DNA from: Hyphomicrobiales bacterium
GTDB taxonomy: Bacteria; Pseudomonadota; Alphaproteobacteria; Rhizobiales; Rhizobiaceae
Direction of reading: 5' to 3'
Assembly (NCBI GenBank): GCA_021775495.1
Contig: JAJFHT010000071.1
Coordinates: 4,244-68,243, forward strand
Length of the DNA stretch: 64,000 nt
The number at the start of each line of letters is the position of its first letter. Positions within the stretch are counted from its first letter, which is position 1. Positions 18,661-28,084 of the stretch are shown here, piece by piece. The notes below the pieces were generated by a model. The model saw nothing but the letters and a program-made list of their open reading frames with translations. It was not told the DNA's origin and ran no database searches. A program made the translations under genes and the position numbers.

Positions 18661-20469
18661 TTGCGTCCCATCCTGCTGCTCACACTGGCTCTTGCCGCGA
18701 GCCTGATTGCACTCCCCCAGACATCTTTTGCAGAGGCGCAACATGCCATCTCGATGCATGGCGACCCACAACTCAAACCCGGTTTTACCAACTTTCCCTA
18801 TGTCAATCCGGATGCCCCCAAGGCAGGCCGCATAAATTATGGTCTGCAAGGCACCTTCAACAGCCTGAATCCATTCATCGTGCAGGGAGATGCAGCCAGC
18901 GGCCTGTTCGACAGCACCTATGGCTACAATGTCTTTGAGAGCCTCATGGCGCGCTCCCGCGACGAGGCATTCACGCTCTATCCACTGATCGCTGAAAAGG
19001 TGGAGACGGACACAGAGAGAACCTTTGTCGAGTTCACGCTCGATCCGCGCGCTCGGTTTTCGGATGGAGAACCGATAACCCCGGAAGATGTGATTTTCTC
19101 GATGGAACTGTTGCGGGATAAAGCCAGACCGCTTTACCGGCGATGGATCGGGCTTGTCGACCGGATTGAGAAAGTCGGCGAGCGAGGCGTACGGTTCACA
19201 TTTGGCAGCGAAGCGGACCGGGAATTGCCGCTTTTGCTGGCGCTGCTGCCGATCTTGCCGAAACACGCCATCGACGCCGATGCATTCGACAAATCCAGCC
19301 TTGAGCCGATGACGGCGTCCGGACCGTATCGCATTGACCGTGTGGAACCGGGTGAACTGGTCGTTTTGAAACGCAATCCGGACTACTGGGCCAGAGATAT
19401 CCCCTCCAAGCGCGGCTTTGACAATTACGACGAGATTCGTATCACCTATTTTCGCGACGAAAACACGATGTTCGAGGCGTTCAAGAAGGGTCTTGTTGAC
19501 ATCTATCTGGAGAATGATCCGGGGCGTTGGTCGAACGGCTATGACTTCCCCGCTGTCTCGGATGGAAAAATCATCAAAGGAGATTTCACGACCGGCCTTC
19601 CTTCGGGGATGTACGGCTTTGTCTTCAATTCGAGGCGGGCAGTGTTCCAGGATCGGGCCGTGCGCGAAGCATTGAGCAAGCTGTTCGATTTCGAGTGGGC
19701 GAACAAGAACCTGTTTTTCGATGTCTACACCCGGACCAGGAGTTTCTTCGATGGTTCAGAACTTGCCGCCAGCAGCAATCCCGCAGACGAGCTGGAAAAA
19801 AAGCTGCTTGCTGACTATCCTGACAGCGTGACGCCCGATGTGTTGACAGGCGAATATGCACCGCCGGTTTCGGACGGTTCGGGCCGGGACCGCAAGTTCC
19901 TGAAAGAAGGTTTCAATGCCCTTCGAAAGGCCGGCTTCAATCTGAAAGACCGCAGGTTGACCGGTCCAGATGGCAAGCAATTGTCCTTTGAGTTGTTGTT
20001 GCGCGGCAAATCGGGGCAGCAATTGGCGGTCGCCTGGCAGCGAACCCTTGGAAAAATCGGAATTGAAATGTCGATCCGGAGTGTCGACAGCGCGCAGTAT
20101 CTGCAGCGTCAGCAGACCTACGACTACGACATGATTCTGATGCGTTACTTTTCGTCTCTCTCACCCGGTGCTGAACAAATCGGCCGGTGGGGATCCAACT
20201 CGAGGGACGCTGACGGAACCTACAATTTTGCCGGGGTTGCCGACCCCGCCGTCGATGCGATGATCGCACATTTGATGAATGCCCGTGACCGCAGAGAGTT
20301 TGTCAGCGCGGTGCGCGCTTATGATCGCGTTTTGTTGTCTGGCGCCTGGGTCGTGCCGCTTTATCATCGGAACGAGAAATGGGTGGCACGGCGCAAATTC
20401 ATCGAGCATCCGGAAAACACGCCACTCTACGGCCCGCAGTTTCAGACCTGGTGGTCGACCGCGGAATAG
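18661..20469 (+). CDS. Extracellular solute-binding protein family 5 (YejA-like peptide-binding protein)
   Basis: HAISMHGDPQLKPGFTNFPYVNPDAPKAG, ARFSDGEPITPEDV and FDFEWANKNLF; TTG start approximate. Confidence 0.85.
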   Translation: MRPILLLTLALAASLIALPQTSFAEAQHAISMHGDPQLKPGFTNFPYVNPDAPKAGRINYGLQGTFNSLNPFIVQGDAASGLFDSTYGYNVFESLMARSRDEAFTLYPLIAEKVETDTERTFVEFTLDPRARFSDGEPITPEDVIFSMELLRDKARPLYRRWIGLVDRIEKVGERGVRFTFGSEADRELPLLLALLPILPKHAIDADAFDKSSLEPMTASGPYRIDRVEPGELVVLKRNPDYWARDIPSKRGFDNYDEIRITYFRDENTMFEAFKKGLVDIYLENDPGRWSNGYDFPAVSDGKIIKGDFTTGLPSGMYGFVFNSRRAVFQDRAVREALSKLFDFEWANKNLFFDVYTRTRSFFDGSELAASSNPADELEKKLLADYPDSVTPDVLTGEYAPPVSDGSGRDRKFLKEGFNALRKAGFNLKDRRLTGPDGKQLSFELLLRGKSGQQLAVAWQRTLGKIGIEMSIRSVDSAQYLQRQQTYDYDMILMRYFSSLSPGAEQIGRWGSNSRDADGTYNFAGVADPAVDAMIAHLMNARDRREFVSAVRAYDRVLLSGAWVVPLYHRNEKWVARRKFIEHPENTPLYGPQFQTWWSTAE

Positions 20470-20486
20470 GTTCGGGAAAAGTTGCC

Positions 20487-21173
20487 ATGAGCGAAGCAGC
20501 CGAATTGCACACCGAAAAACTGCAGATAGACGTGGTGTCGGACGTGATGTGTCCGTGGTGTTATATCGGCCAAAAACGACTCGAAAAGGCGATGGCGACC
20601 CTGCCCAAGGTGCCCGTCGAGATTCGCTGGCGACCGTTTCAACTCGATCCGACACTGCCGGCCGGCGGCAAGGATCGCAAAACCTATCTCAGTGAAAAAT
20701 TCGGCGGTGAGGAACAGGCGCAATCGATTTATGCGAACATCAAGACGGCGGGGAATGCGGAAGACATCGAGTTTGACTTCGAGGCGATCGCGGTATCGCC
20801 GAACACACTTGATGCCCATCGCCTCATACGCTGGGCCGGTGCGCTGGGATATGATGTGCAGGACAAGGTCGTGCGCAGATTGTTTGCATTGTTTTTCGAA
20901 CAGGGGATCAACATCGGTCAGCATACCGTCCTGATAGATGTCGCCAGGGATTGCGGCATGGACGCATCGATCGTGGAGTCACTACTAGTGACCGATGCCG
21001 ATGTTGAGGCCGTCAAATCCGAAATCGCGACCGCCAACCGCATGGGGATCAACGGTGTTCCCTGTTTCGTCATCGACAACAAATACGCCGTGATGGGGGC
21101 ACAAGATCCGGGTGCCCTCGCCGATGCGATCCGAAAAGTCAGTGAAGCCAAATTGTCTGGCGAGACTCCCTGA
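20487..21173 (+). CDS. DsbA family (FrnE-like) oxidoreductase
   Basis: IDVVSDVMCPWCYIG, RPFQLDP, PNTLDAHRL and GINGVP; start at MSEAAE. Confidence 0.88.
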   Translation: MSEAAELHTEKLQIDVVSDVMCPWCYIGQKRLEKAMATLPKVPVEIRWRPFQLDPTLPAGGKDRKTYLSEKFGGEEQAQSIYANIKTAGNAEDIEFDFEAIAVSPNTLDAHRLIRWAGALGYDVQDKVVRRLFALFFEQGINIGQHTVLIDVARDCGMDASIVESLLVTDADVEAVKSEIATANRMGINGVPCFVIDNKYAVMGAQDPGALADAIRKVSEAKLSGETP

Positions 21174-21185
21174 ATTCGTTCGGGT

Positions 21186-24100
21186 TCAAGCCGCCTCAGG
21201 CCGCACAAGCCTGGTCAATTGAGTCATGATCACAGCGGCGCCTGCAAGCCGTTTTTCCGGCGTCGGCCAGTCGCGGATAAAGACGACACTCTGATCGGGT
21301 CTTATCTTGGCCAGCGACCTCTGTTCGGCGATCATTGCCACCAGTGCCGCCGGATTACTGAATTCATTGTTGCGAAATCCAACCACGACACCTTTCGGTC
21401 CGGCGTCAAGTTTTGCGACATTGGCCCGGCGGCAAAGCGCCTTGATATAGACGATCTTCAACAGGTGTTCGACTTCTTCGGGCAAAGGTCCGAACCGGTC
21501 GATCAATTCTGCACCGAACCCGTCAATCTCACCTGCATCTCTCAACTCACCAAGCCGCCGGTATAGCCCGAGCCGTAATTGAAGGTCCGGCACGTAAGTT
21601 TCCGGGATCATCACGGCAAGCCCGATCGTGATCTGCGGAGACCAGTTTCCGTCAGTTTCGCTGCCGGTTCCCTTCAGTTCCGCAACGGTTTCTTCCAGCA
21701 TCTGCTGGTAGAGTTCGTAGCCGACCTCGCGAATGTGCCCTGATTGCTCCTCACCAAGCAGATTGCCGGCACCGCGATGGTCAAGATCATGGCTGGCAAG
21801 CTGGAAACCCGCGCCCAGCGTATCGAGCGACTGCAACACTTTCAGCCGGCGCTCGGCTGTTGCGGTCAATGTCCGGTTTGCCGGCAGAGTCAGCAATGCG
21901 TAGGCCCTGAGTTTGGAACGGCCGACCCGCCCTCGCAGCTGGTACAATTGCGCCAGGCCAAACATATCAGCCCGGTGAACCACCAGCGTGTTTGCCGAAG
22001 GTATGTCCAGCCCCGATTCGACAATTGTCGTCGACAGCAAAACATCATACTTGCCGTCATAGAAGGCGTTCATAATGTCATCGAGCTCGCCCGGCGCCAT
22101 GCGCCCATGGGCGGTCGCGACTTTCAATTCGGGAACCGTTTCGGCCAGGAAACTGCGCACGTCGTCGAGATCGGAAATACGCGGAACGACATAAAAACTC
22201 TGACCGCCACGATATCGCTCCCGCAACAGTGTTTCGCGAATGACCAATCCGTCAAAAGGCGAAATGAATGTGCGAACTGCAAGCCGGTCGGCCGGTGCCG
22301 TGGTGATCAGCGAGAGCTCGCGCACACCGGTCAAAGCCAGTTGAAGTGTTCGGGGAATCGGGGTGGCCGACAATGTCAGCACATGAACATCGCTCTTCAG
22401 TTCTTTCAGCCGTTCCTTGTGTTTGACGCCAAAATGCTGCTCTTCGTCGATAATGAGCAAGCCCAGGCTCCTGAATTCGATCGAATTGGCCAGAAGCGCA
22501 TGTGTGCCGATAACGATGTCCTGCGTGCCGTCGGCAAGCGCCTGCTTGGTGGCAGCGGCCTCCTTGGCTCCGACCAGCCGCGACAGTTGGCCAACCTTGA
22601 CCGGCAGTCCCGAAAAGCGCTCCCGGAAGGTTGCGTAGTGCTGGCGCGCCAGCAGCGTTGTCGGAACCACTATGGCCGTTTGAAGCCCTTCCATGGCGGT
22701 CACGAAGGCTGCCCTTAACGCAACTTCGGTCTTCCCGAAACCGACATCACCACATATCAATCGGTCCATCGGCCGGCCGGCTGAAAGATCGCCGAGAACC
22801 GCGTCGATCGCCGATTGCTGGTCTTCCGTTTCGTCATAGGGGAACCGAGCAGAAAACTCGCCATAAACACCATCAGGCGGCGACAACACCGGCGCGCCGC
22901 GCATTTCACGCTCAGCGGCAATCCGGATCAGGTGACCTGCCATCTCCAGCAGACGTTTCTTAAGTTTGGCCTTGCGGGACTGCCAGGCCACGCCGCCGAG
23001 CTTGTCGAGGGTCGCAATGGCCTCTTCTGATCCATAACGCGACAGCAGCTCGATGTTTTCGACCGGCAAAAACAGTCGGTCATCTCCGGCATAGTGGAGT
23101 TCGAGACATTCATGCGGAGCCCCGGCCGCCTCAATGGTTCGAAGCCCGATGAAACGCCCAATACCATGATCGACATGGACGACAATATCGCCGGATGACA
23201 ACGCCGCGGCTTCCGAAAGAAAATCGGCGGCGCGGCGTTTTTTGCGCGACTGCCGGACCAGGCGGTCGCCAAGAATGTCCTGCTCGGCAACGAAAACCAA
23301 ATCCGGCGTTGAGAAGCCGGTTTCCAGAGGCAGTTCAGCAAAACCGGTTGATGTACCGTTCAGCCCACCCACTGCCGACAGATCCGCAATGACCGCCGTC
23401 GTGCCGATATTGTGCTCTTCAAGAATTTGACGCAAACGGTCGACTGAACCCTCGGTCCAGCCGGCAACAACAACCTTCCGACCGGCCTGGCGTTCTTCCT
23501 TGATGTGCGAAACAACCCGATCGAAGACGTTGATATTCGGATCAGCTCTCTCGCCTGCAAAATTATGTCCCGAACTGGAATTGGCATGAAACGCGTCGTG
23601 TTTTCCGGCATCCGGCCGGGAAAACGGTGTCAGTTCAATTCTTGTCCGATCACCAAGCGCGGATTCCACTGCATCGGGATCGAGAAAAAGCGCGTCCGGA
23701 TGTACCGGTTGATAGGGTATGGCTTCGCCGATCTGACTCCCGTCAGACTGGAGTTTACGAGCTTCATAGTGATCGAGGATCAGTTTATGGCGCTCGGTTA
23801 TCGCCTCTTTGGTGAGATGATCGAACACCACCGGCGCGTCGGGCAAGTAGTCGAAGATCGTTTCCAGCCGCTCGTAGAACAGTGGCAGCCAATGCTCCAG
23901 CCCGGCAAAGCGACGCCCCTCGCTGACAGCCTGGTACAGCGCGTCCTCACGGGAAGGAACGCCGAACATTTCGACATATTGCCGGCGAAAGCGGTTGATT
24001 GTCTTTTCACCAAGGGTCACTTCGCTCATCGGCTGAAACGATACGTCTCGCCGCTGGCCGGTCGTACGTTGGGTTGAAGCATCAAATGCGCGAATCGACT

Positions 24101-24686
24101 CCAGCGTATCGCCAAAAAAGTCTAACCTCAGCGGTTCATTGGCGCCTGGGATGAAAAGATCAAGAATACCACCCCTGACCGCGTATTCTCCGACTTCCCG
24201 AACGGTTGGGGTGCGTTCGAACCCATTGTTCTCAAGCCGCGCGACCAGCCCTTTCATGTCAATCTGGGCACCTGGACGGGCTTCGAACACATGATCGGAA
24301 ACAACGTCTCTCGGCGGCATGCGTTGCAACAGGGCATTGGCAGTGGTCAGAACAACGGCGGGATGAGGTTCTTGCTGCAGCGCGATCATTGCAGCAAAGG
24401 CATCCAGCCGGCGGGCTGCGGTATCGGCGCCGGGTGAAACACGGTCGTAAGGAAGGCAATCCCAACCGGGTAACGTGAGACATGGCAAGGATGGATTGAC
24501 GAATGCCAACGCCCGCGCCAGGCCCGGCAAACGCTGTCCATCACGGATGACAAAAACAATCGGTCCGCCGCCGGTCTCGGCGGCAATCCGGTCCACAACG
24601 AAGGCCTCATAGCCGTCGGCAACGCCATCGACGGTGAACGCCCCTTTCCGTCCGGGTTCAAACCCGATAACTGGAAGCAATTTCAT
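21186..24686 (-). CDS. mfd: Transcription-repair coupling factor
   Basis: 1166 aa; GWDCLPYDRVSP, RGGILDLF, CarD-like VVHVDHGIGRF, DRLICGDVGFGKTEVA, DEEQHFGV and TRCF C-terminus. Confidence 0.97.
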   Translation of the reverse strand: MKLLPVIGFEPGRKGAFTVDGVADGYEAFVVDRIAAETGGGPIVFVIRDGQRLPGLARALAFVNPSLPCLTLPGWDCLPYDRVSPGADTAARRLDAFAAMIALQQEPHPAVVLTTANALLQRMPPRDVVSDHVFEARPGAQIDMKGLVARLENNGFERTPTVREVGEYAVRGGILDLFIPGANEPLRLDFFGDTLESIRAFDASTQRTTGQRRDVSFQPMSEVTLGEKTINRFRRQYVEMFGVPSREDALYQAVSEGRRFAGLEHWLPLFYERLETIFDYLPDAPVVFDHLTKEAITERHKLILDHYEARKLQSDGSQIGEAIPYQPVHPDALFLDPDAVESALGDRTRIELTPFSRPDAGKHDAFHANSSSGHNFAGERADPNINVFDRVVSHIKEERQAGRKVVVAGWTEGSVDRLRQILEEHNIGTTAVIADLSAVGGLNGTSTGFAELPLETGFSTPDLVFVAEQDILGDRLVRQSRKKRRAADFLSEAAALSSGDIVVHVDHGIGRFIGLRTIEAAGAPHECLELHYAGDDRLFLPVENIELLSRYGSEEAIATLDKLGGVAWQSRKAKLKKRLLEMAGHLIRIAAEREMRGAPVLSPPDGVYGEFSARFPYDETEDQQSAIDAVLGDLSAGRPMDRLICGDVGFGKTEVALRAAFVTAMEGLQTAIVVPTTLLARQHYATFRERFSGLPVKVGQLSRLVGAKEAAATKQALADGTQDIVIGTHALLANSIEFRSLGLLIIDEEQHFGVKHKERLKELKSDVHVLTLSATPIPRTLQLALTGVRELSLITTAPADRLAVRTFISPFDGLVIRETLLRERYRGGQSFYVVPRISDLDDVRSFLAETVPELKVATAHGRMAPGELDDIMNAFYDGKYDVLLSTTIVESGLDIPSANTLVVHRADMFGLAQLYQLRGRVGRSKLRAYALLTLPANRTLTATAERRLKVLQSLDTLGAGFQLASHDLDHRGAGNLLGEEQSGHIREVGYELYQQMLEETVAELKGTGSETDGNWSPQITIGLAVMIPETYVPDLQLRLGLYRRLGELRDAGEIDGFGAELIDRFGPLPEEVEHLLKIVYIKALCRRANVAKLDAGPKGVVVGFRNNEFSNPAALVAMIAEQRSLAKIRPDQSVVFIRDWPTPEKRLAGAAVIMTQLTRLVRPEAA

Positions 24687-24698
24687 GATCCTTTGCCT

Positions 24699-24986
24699 TC
24701 AGCTTGCCCTGGCTGAGCGGGAGGCAAGGATTTTTGCGAACACGGTAGTGTCGTAGCGAACCGGCACAGGCTCCTGGCCAACAATCCATTTCAGCACATC
24801 GGTGTCCGGAGCTTCCATCAAGCGTTCGAATTGCTGCAGTTCGTCGAGCGAAAGTGTCGCGATTTCACCATCGGCGAATTCGCCAAGAATGAGATCAAGT
24901 TCGCGCAAGCCCCTATGCCAGGCGCGAAACAGCGCCCGGCGACGTTGCTTGTCGAGATTCGACATTTGCTGACCGGTTTCGGTCAT
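24699..24986 (-). CDS. sdhE: Succinate dehydrogenase assembly factor SdhE (Sdh5)
   Basis: RRRALFRAWHRGLRELDLILG (RGxxE motif); start at MTETGQQ or MSNLD; located between recG and mfd. Confidence 0.88.
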   Translation of the reverse strand: MTETGQQMSNLDKQRRRALFRAWHRGLRELDLILGEFADGEIATLSLDELQQFERLMEAPDTDVLKWIVGQEPVPVRYDTTVFAKILASRSARAS

Positions 24987-25139
24987 TTTCCGGCAACTCC
25001 ATCTAACCGGCGGGCTATACCTTGGATGAGCAACGCTGTCAGCCTTGCATCCAAGGAATCTGAAAATAATACCAACAGCGCTTGATAGAGACTCATCTGA
25101 TGGGACACAATCAGCGACCATAGGAATAAGCTGCCCCAC

Positions 25140-27248
25140 ATGCGCCCTTCTCTGCTTGATCCGCTTTTCGCACCGGCCACTTCGCTGACCGGTGTCGGGG
25201 CGAAAATCGCCGCACTTTTGACGAGAGTGCTGCCGTCGGTTCTTGAAGATCGGGAACCACGTGTCGGCGATCTGCTTTTCGTCCTGCCACACTCGATCAT
25301 CGACCGGCGCAGCAGACCGGGAATTGCTAATGCGGTCGAGGGCGCAATCGTCACTCTCGACCTGCATGTCGACCAGCACATGCCGGCGCCGCCAGGCAGA
25401 AAGAACGTTCCACACCGCGTGCTCGCTCACGATGATACTGGTGACATCACGCTGGTGTTCTTCCACGCCAAACGACCGTGGTTGGAAAACGCCATGCCGA
25501 TTGGCGAGGATATCGTCGTCAGCGGCAAGCTGGAATGGTTCAATGATCGTCCGAATATGGTCCACCCCGATCATATCGCATTGGCAAGCGAGGCCGATAC
25601 GTTGCCGTTGCTGGAGCCGGTATACCCTTTGACCGCCGGTCTTTCGGCACGTGTTCTCAGGCGCATAGCCACGCAAGCCCTGACCCGGCTGCCAAAGTTG
25701 CCGGAGTGGCTCGACCCGGAGCTGAAACGAAGACAGACATTTCCTGATTTTCATGATGCCCTGGAACGATTACACCATCCGACCGACCCGCTTGATGTGT
25801 CACCGGACAATCCGGCGCGGCGCAGGCTGGCCTACGACGAACTACTTGCCGGACAGCTATCACTTGCCATGGTGCGGTTGCGCGCCAAAAGGCTTGCCGG
25901 GCGACCGTTGCATGGAGATGGAAGACTGCGCAGCAAGATACTGGCAGTGCTTCCCTATGTCCTGACAGGCAGCCAGCAACAGGCGGTTGCGGAGATATCG
26001 GCTGATCTTTCCAGGCCGGATCGCATGCTGCGGTTGCTGCAGGGAGATGTCGGATCCGGCAAAACCATCGTTGGATTGATGGCATTGGCACAGGCAATCG
26101 AAGCCGGCGGACAAGCCGCATTGATGGCACCAACGGAAATCCTGGCGCGTCAGCACTTCAGTACCATTGCGCCGCTGGCCGAGCGTGCCGGGCTGAAGGT
26201 GGCACTGCTGACAGGCCGCGAAAAAGGCGCCGCAAGAGAAAAGACCATTGCAGCACTGGAAAATGGTGAAATCGACTTGGCGATTGGAACCCATGCGCTG
26301 TTCCAGTCGACTGTCGAGTTCAAGAAACTGGTTTTTGTCGTCGTCGATGAACAACATCGCTTCGGCGTGCATCAGCGTCTTCAACTGACGGCAAAAGGCA
26401 GTGCCCCCGACATGCTGGTCATGACAGCGACACCGATCCCGCGCACGCTTGTCCTGACCGCTTTCGGCGACATGGATGTTTCACGCCTCACGGAAAAACC
26501 GGCCGGCCGCCGGCCCATTCACACCGTCACGATGCCGCACGAACGGATCGACGAGTTGGTGAACCGGGTCAGGTCGGCAATCGACGAAGGGCAGAAGGTC
26601 TACTGGATTTGCCCCCTGGTCGAGGATTCCGAGGAAGTCAATCTGACCTCTGCGGAAGATCGCTTCGCGCAGCTCAAACCGGTGTTCGGCGCACAAATAG
26701 GCCTGATACACGGGCGTATGAAAGGAAGCGCCAAGGACGCTGCGATGAATGCATTCAAGACAGGCGAGACGAAACTGCTGGTGGGAACAACTGTGGTGGA
26801 GGTGGGCGTCGATGTCCCTGACGCCACAATCATGGTGATAGAACATGCGGAGCGGTTCGGTCTGGCCCAGTTGCACCAGCTCCGCGGTCGTGTCGGCCGC
26901 GGCGACAAAGCATCAAGTTGCGTCCTGCTCTACAAGGCGCCGGTCGGCGAAATCGCCCATGCACGGCTTTCGGTCATGCGCCAAACAGAAGACGGGTTTC
27001 GCATCGCTGAAGAGGATTTGAAACTGCGCGGCGAAGGCGAACTCCTTGGAACACGGCAATCAGGTACTCCCGGCTTTCAGGTCGCCAGGCTGGAGTTTCA
27101 TTCCGATCTGCTTGAAATCGCCCGAAATGACGCGCGGGCGGTTGTTGAGAAGGATCCAATGCTCGAAACCGAAAGAGGAAATGCCCTGCGCATTCTGCTC
27201 TATCTGTTCGGGCGCGACGAGGCGATCCGGCTACTTCGTGCCGGTTAG
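25140..27248 (+). CDS. recG: ATP-dependent DNA helicase RecG
   Basis: RLLQGDVGSGKT, MAPTEILARQH, DEQHRFGV, MTATPIPRTL and QLHQLRGRVGRG. Confidence 0.97.
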   Translation: MRPSLLDPLFAPATSLTGVGAKIAALLTRVLPSVLEDREPRVGDLLFVLPHSIIDRRSRPGIANAVEGAIVTLDLHVDQHMPAPPGRKNVPHRVLAHDDTGDITLVFFHAKRPWLENAMPIGEDIVVSGKLEWFNDRPNMVHPDHIALASEADTLPLLEPVYPLTAGLSARVLRRIATQALTRLPKLPEWLDPELKRRQTFPDFHDALERLHHPTDPLDVSPDNPARRRLAYDELLAGQLSLAMVRLRAKRLAGRPLHGDGRLRSKILAVLPYVLTGSQQQAVAEISADLSRPDRMLRLLQGDVGSGKTIVGLMALAQAIEAGGQAALMAPTEILARQHFSTIAPLAERAGLKVALLTGREKGAAREKTIAALENGEIDLAIGTHALFQSTVEFKKLVFVVVDEQHRFGVHQRLQLTAKGSAPDMLVMTATPIPRTLVLTAFGDMDVSRLTEKPAGRRPIHTVTMPHERIDELVNRVRSAIDEGQKVYWICPLVEDSEEVNLTSAEDRFAQLKPVFGAQIGLIHGRMKGSAKDAAMNAFKTGETKLLVGTTVVEVGVDVPDATIMVIEHAERFGLAQLHQLRGRVGRGDKASSCVLLYKAPVGEIAHARLSVMRQTEDGFRIAEEDLKLRGEGELLGTRQSGTPGFQVARLEFHSDLLEIARNDARAVVEKDPMLETERGNALRILLYLFGRDEAIRLLRAG

Positions 27249-27968
27249 ATCTTTAACATTGACGTCGGAACCATCCCCGGGAGTGTCAGCGGCACCGGCA
27301 GACTCGGCAAGTGCTTTTGTCCGGGCCTGATATTCCGGCGTAACAAGACCGGCAGAGATCACCAGTTTTGCTGCATCCTCGACGCTCATGGAAAGCTCAA
27401 AAAGCGAGGTTTTCGGCACAAACAACAAAAATCCGGAAGTCGGATTTGGCGTGGTCGGCAGAAACACAGCCACCGCATCTCCGCCGCCGCCGGCATCAAC
27501 GGCCTCTCTGACTTCGCCCTCCGCTTCGGTGGCAATGAACACAAGCGCCCACAGGCCTTTGCGCGGGTATTCAATCAAGGCGACCTTTTCGAAGGTATCT
27601 GACTTTTCAGAAAGAACTGTCTGAAGAATCTGTTTCAAGCCATTGTAAATATTGCGAACCAACGGCATCTGGCTGAGCAGGTATTCACCATAGGATAGAA
27701 TGCTGCGCCCGATGAAGTTGGCCGTCAGGAACCCGATGACCGTGATCAGAACAATGGCCACGATCAGGCCGAAACCGGGAATGCTGATCGGCAAATAGGT
27801 GTCCGGATTGTAGACTTCCGGAATGTAGGGTTTCACCCAGGAATCGACCCAGCCGACAAAGGACCACGTCAGATAGGCGGTGACCGCCAACGGCGCACAA
27901 ATAACAAAACCCGTGAGGAAATAATTCCTCAATCGGGTCATCGCCGGAACTTTATGTGAATCAGCCAT
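27231..27968 (-). CDS. DUF502 family membrane protein
   Basis: RNYFLTG, IPGFGL, PLVRNIY, VALIEYPRKG and FLPTTPNPTSGFL. Confidence 0.88.
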   Translation of the reverse strand: MADSHKVPAMTRLRNYFLTGFVICAPLAVTAYLTWSFVGWVDSWVKPYIPEVYNPDTYLPISIPGFGLIVAIVLITVIGFLTANFIGRSILSYGEYLLSQMPLVRNIYNGLKQILQTVLSEKSDTFEKVALIEYPRKGLWALVFIATEAEGEVREAVDAGGGGDAVAVFLPTTPNPTSGFLLFVPKTSLFELSMSVEDAAKLVISAGLVTPEYQARTKALAESAGAADTPGDGSDVNVKDLTGTK

Positions 27969-27983
27969 GCCTCACGCGCAATC

Positions 27984-28014
27984 AAAAGCGCGCTGACCCG
28001 TTACAGGTCAGCGC
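27984..28014 (-). terminator. Hairpin downstream of glmS, possible terminator
   Basis: GCGCTGACC-N7-GGTCAGCGC perfect stem followed by GCTTTTG on the minus strand. Confidence 0.35.
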
Positions 28015-28084
28015 TTGCAGGTACTCAGTAGCGGAATGTGGCGACGCACGGACGAAAGGTCAATGCCCGCAATGCCGCAGGGCG

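Noticed and set aside
21744..22718. Long antisense ORFs opposite mfd, and similarly opposite glmS (27956-29119), nuoG, nuoN, lon and clpX
   Set aside because: Each lies fully opposite a well-supported housekeeping gene; this is a typical antisense-frame artefact.
24987..25754. N-terminal ~250 aa of the 351-aa ORF 24699..25754
   Set aside because: It overlaps recG in antisense; only the C-terminal ~95 aa (SdhE) is supported.
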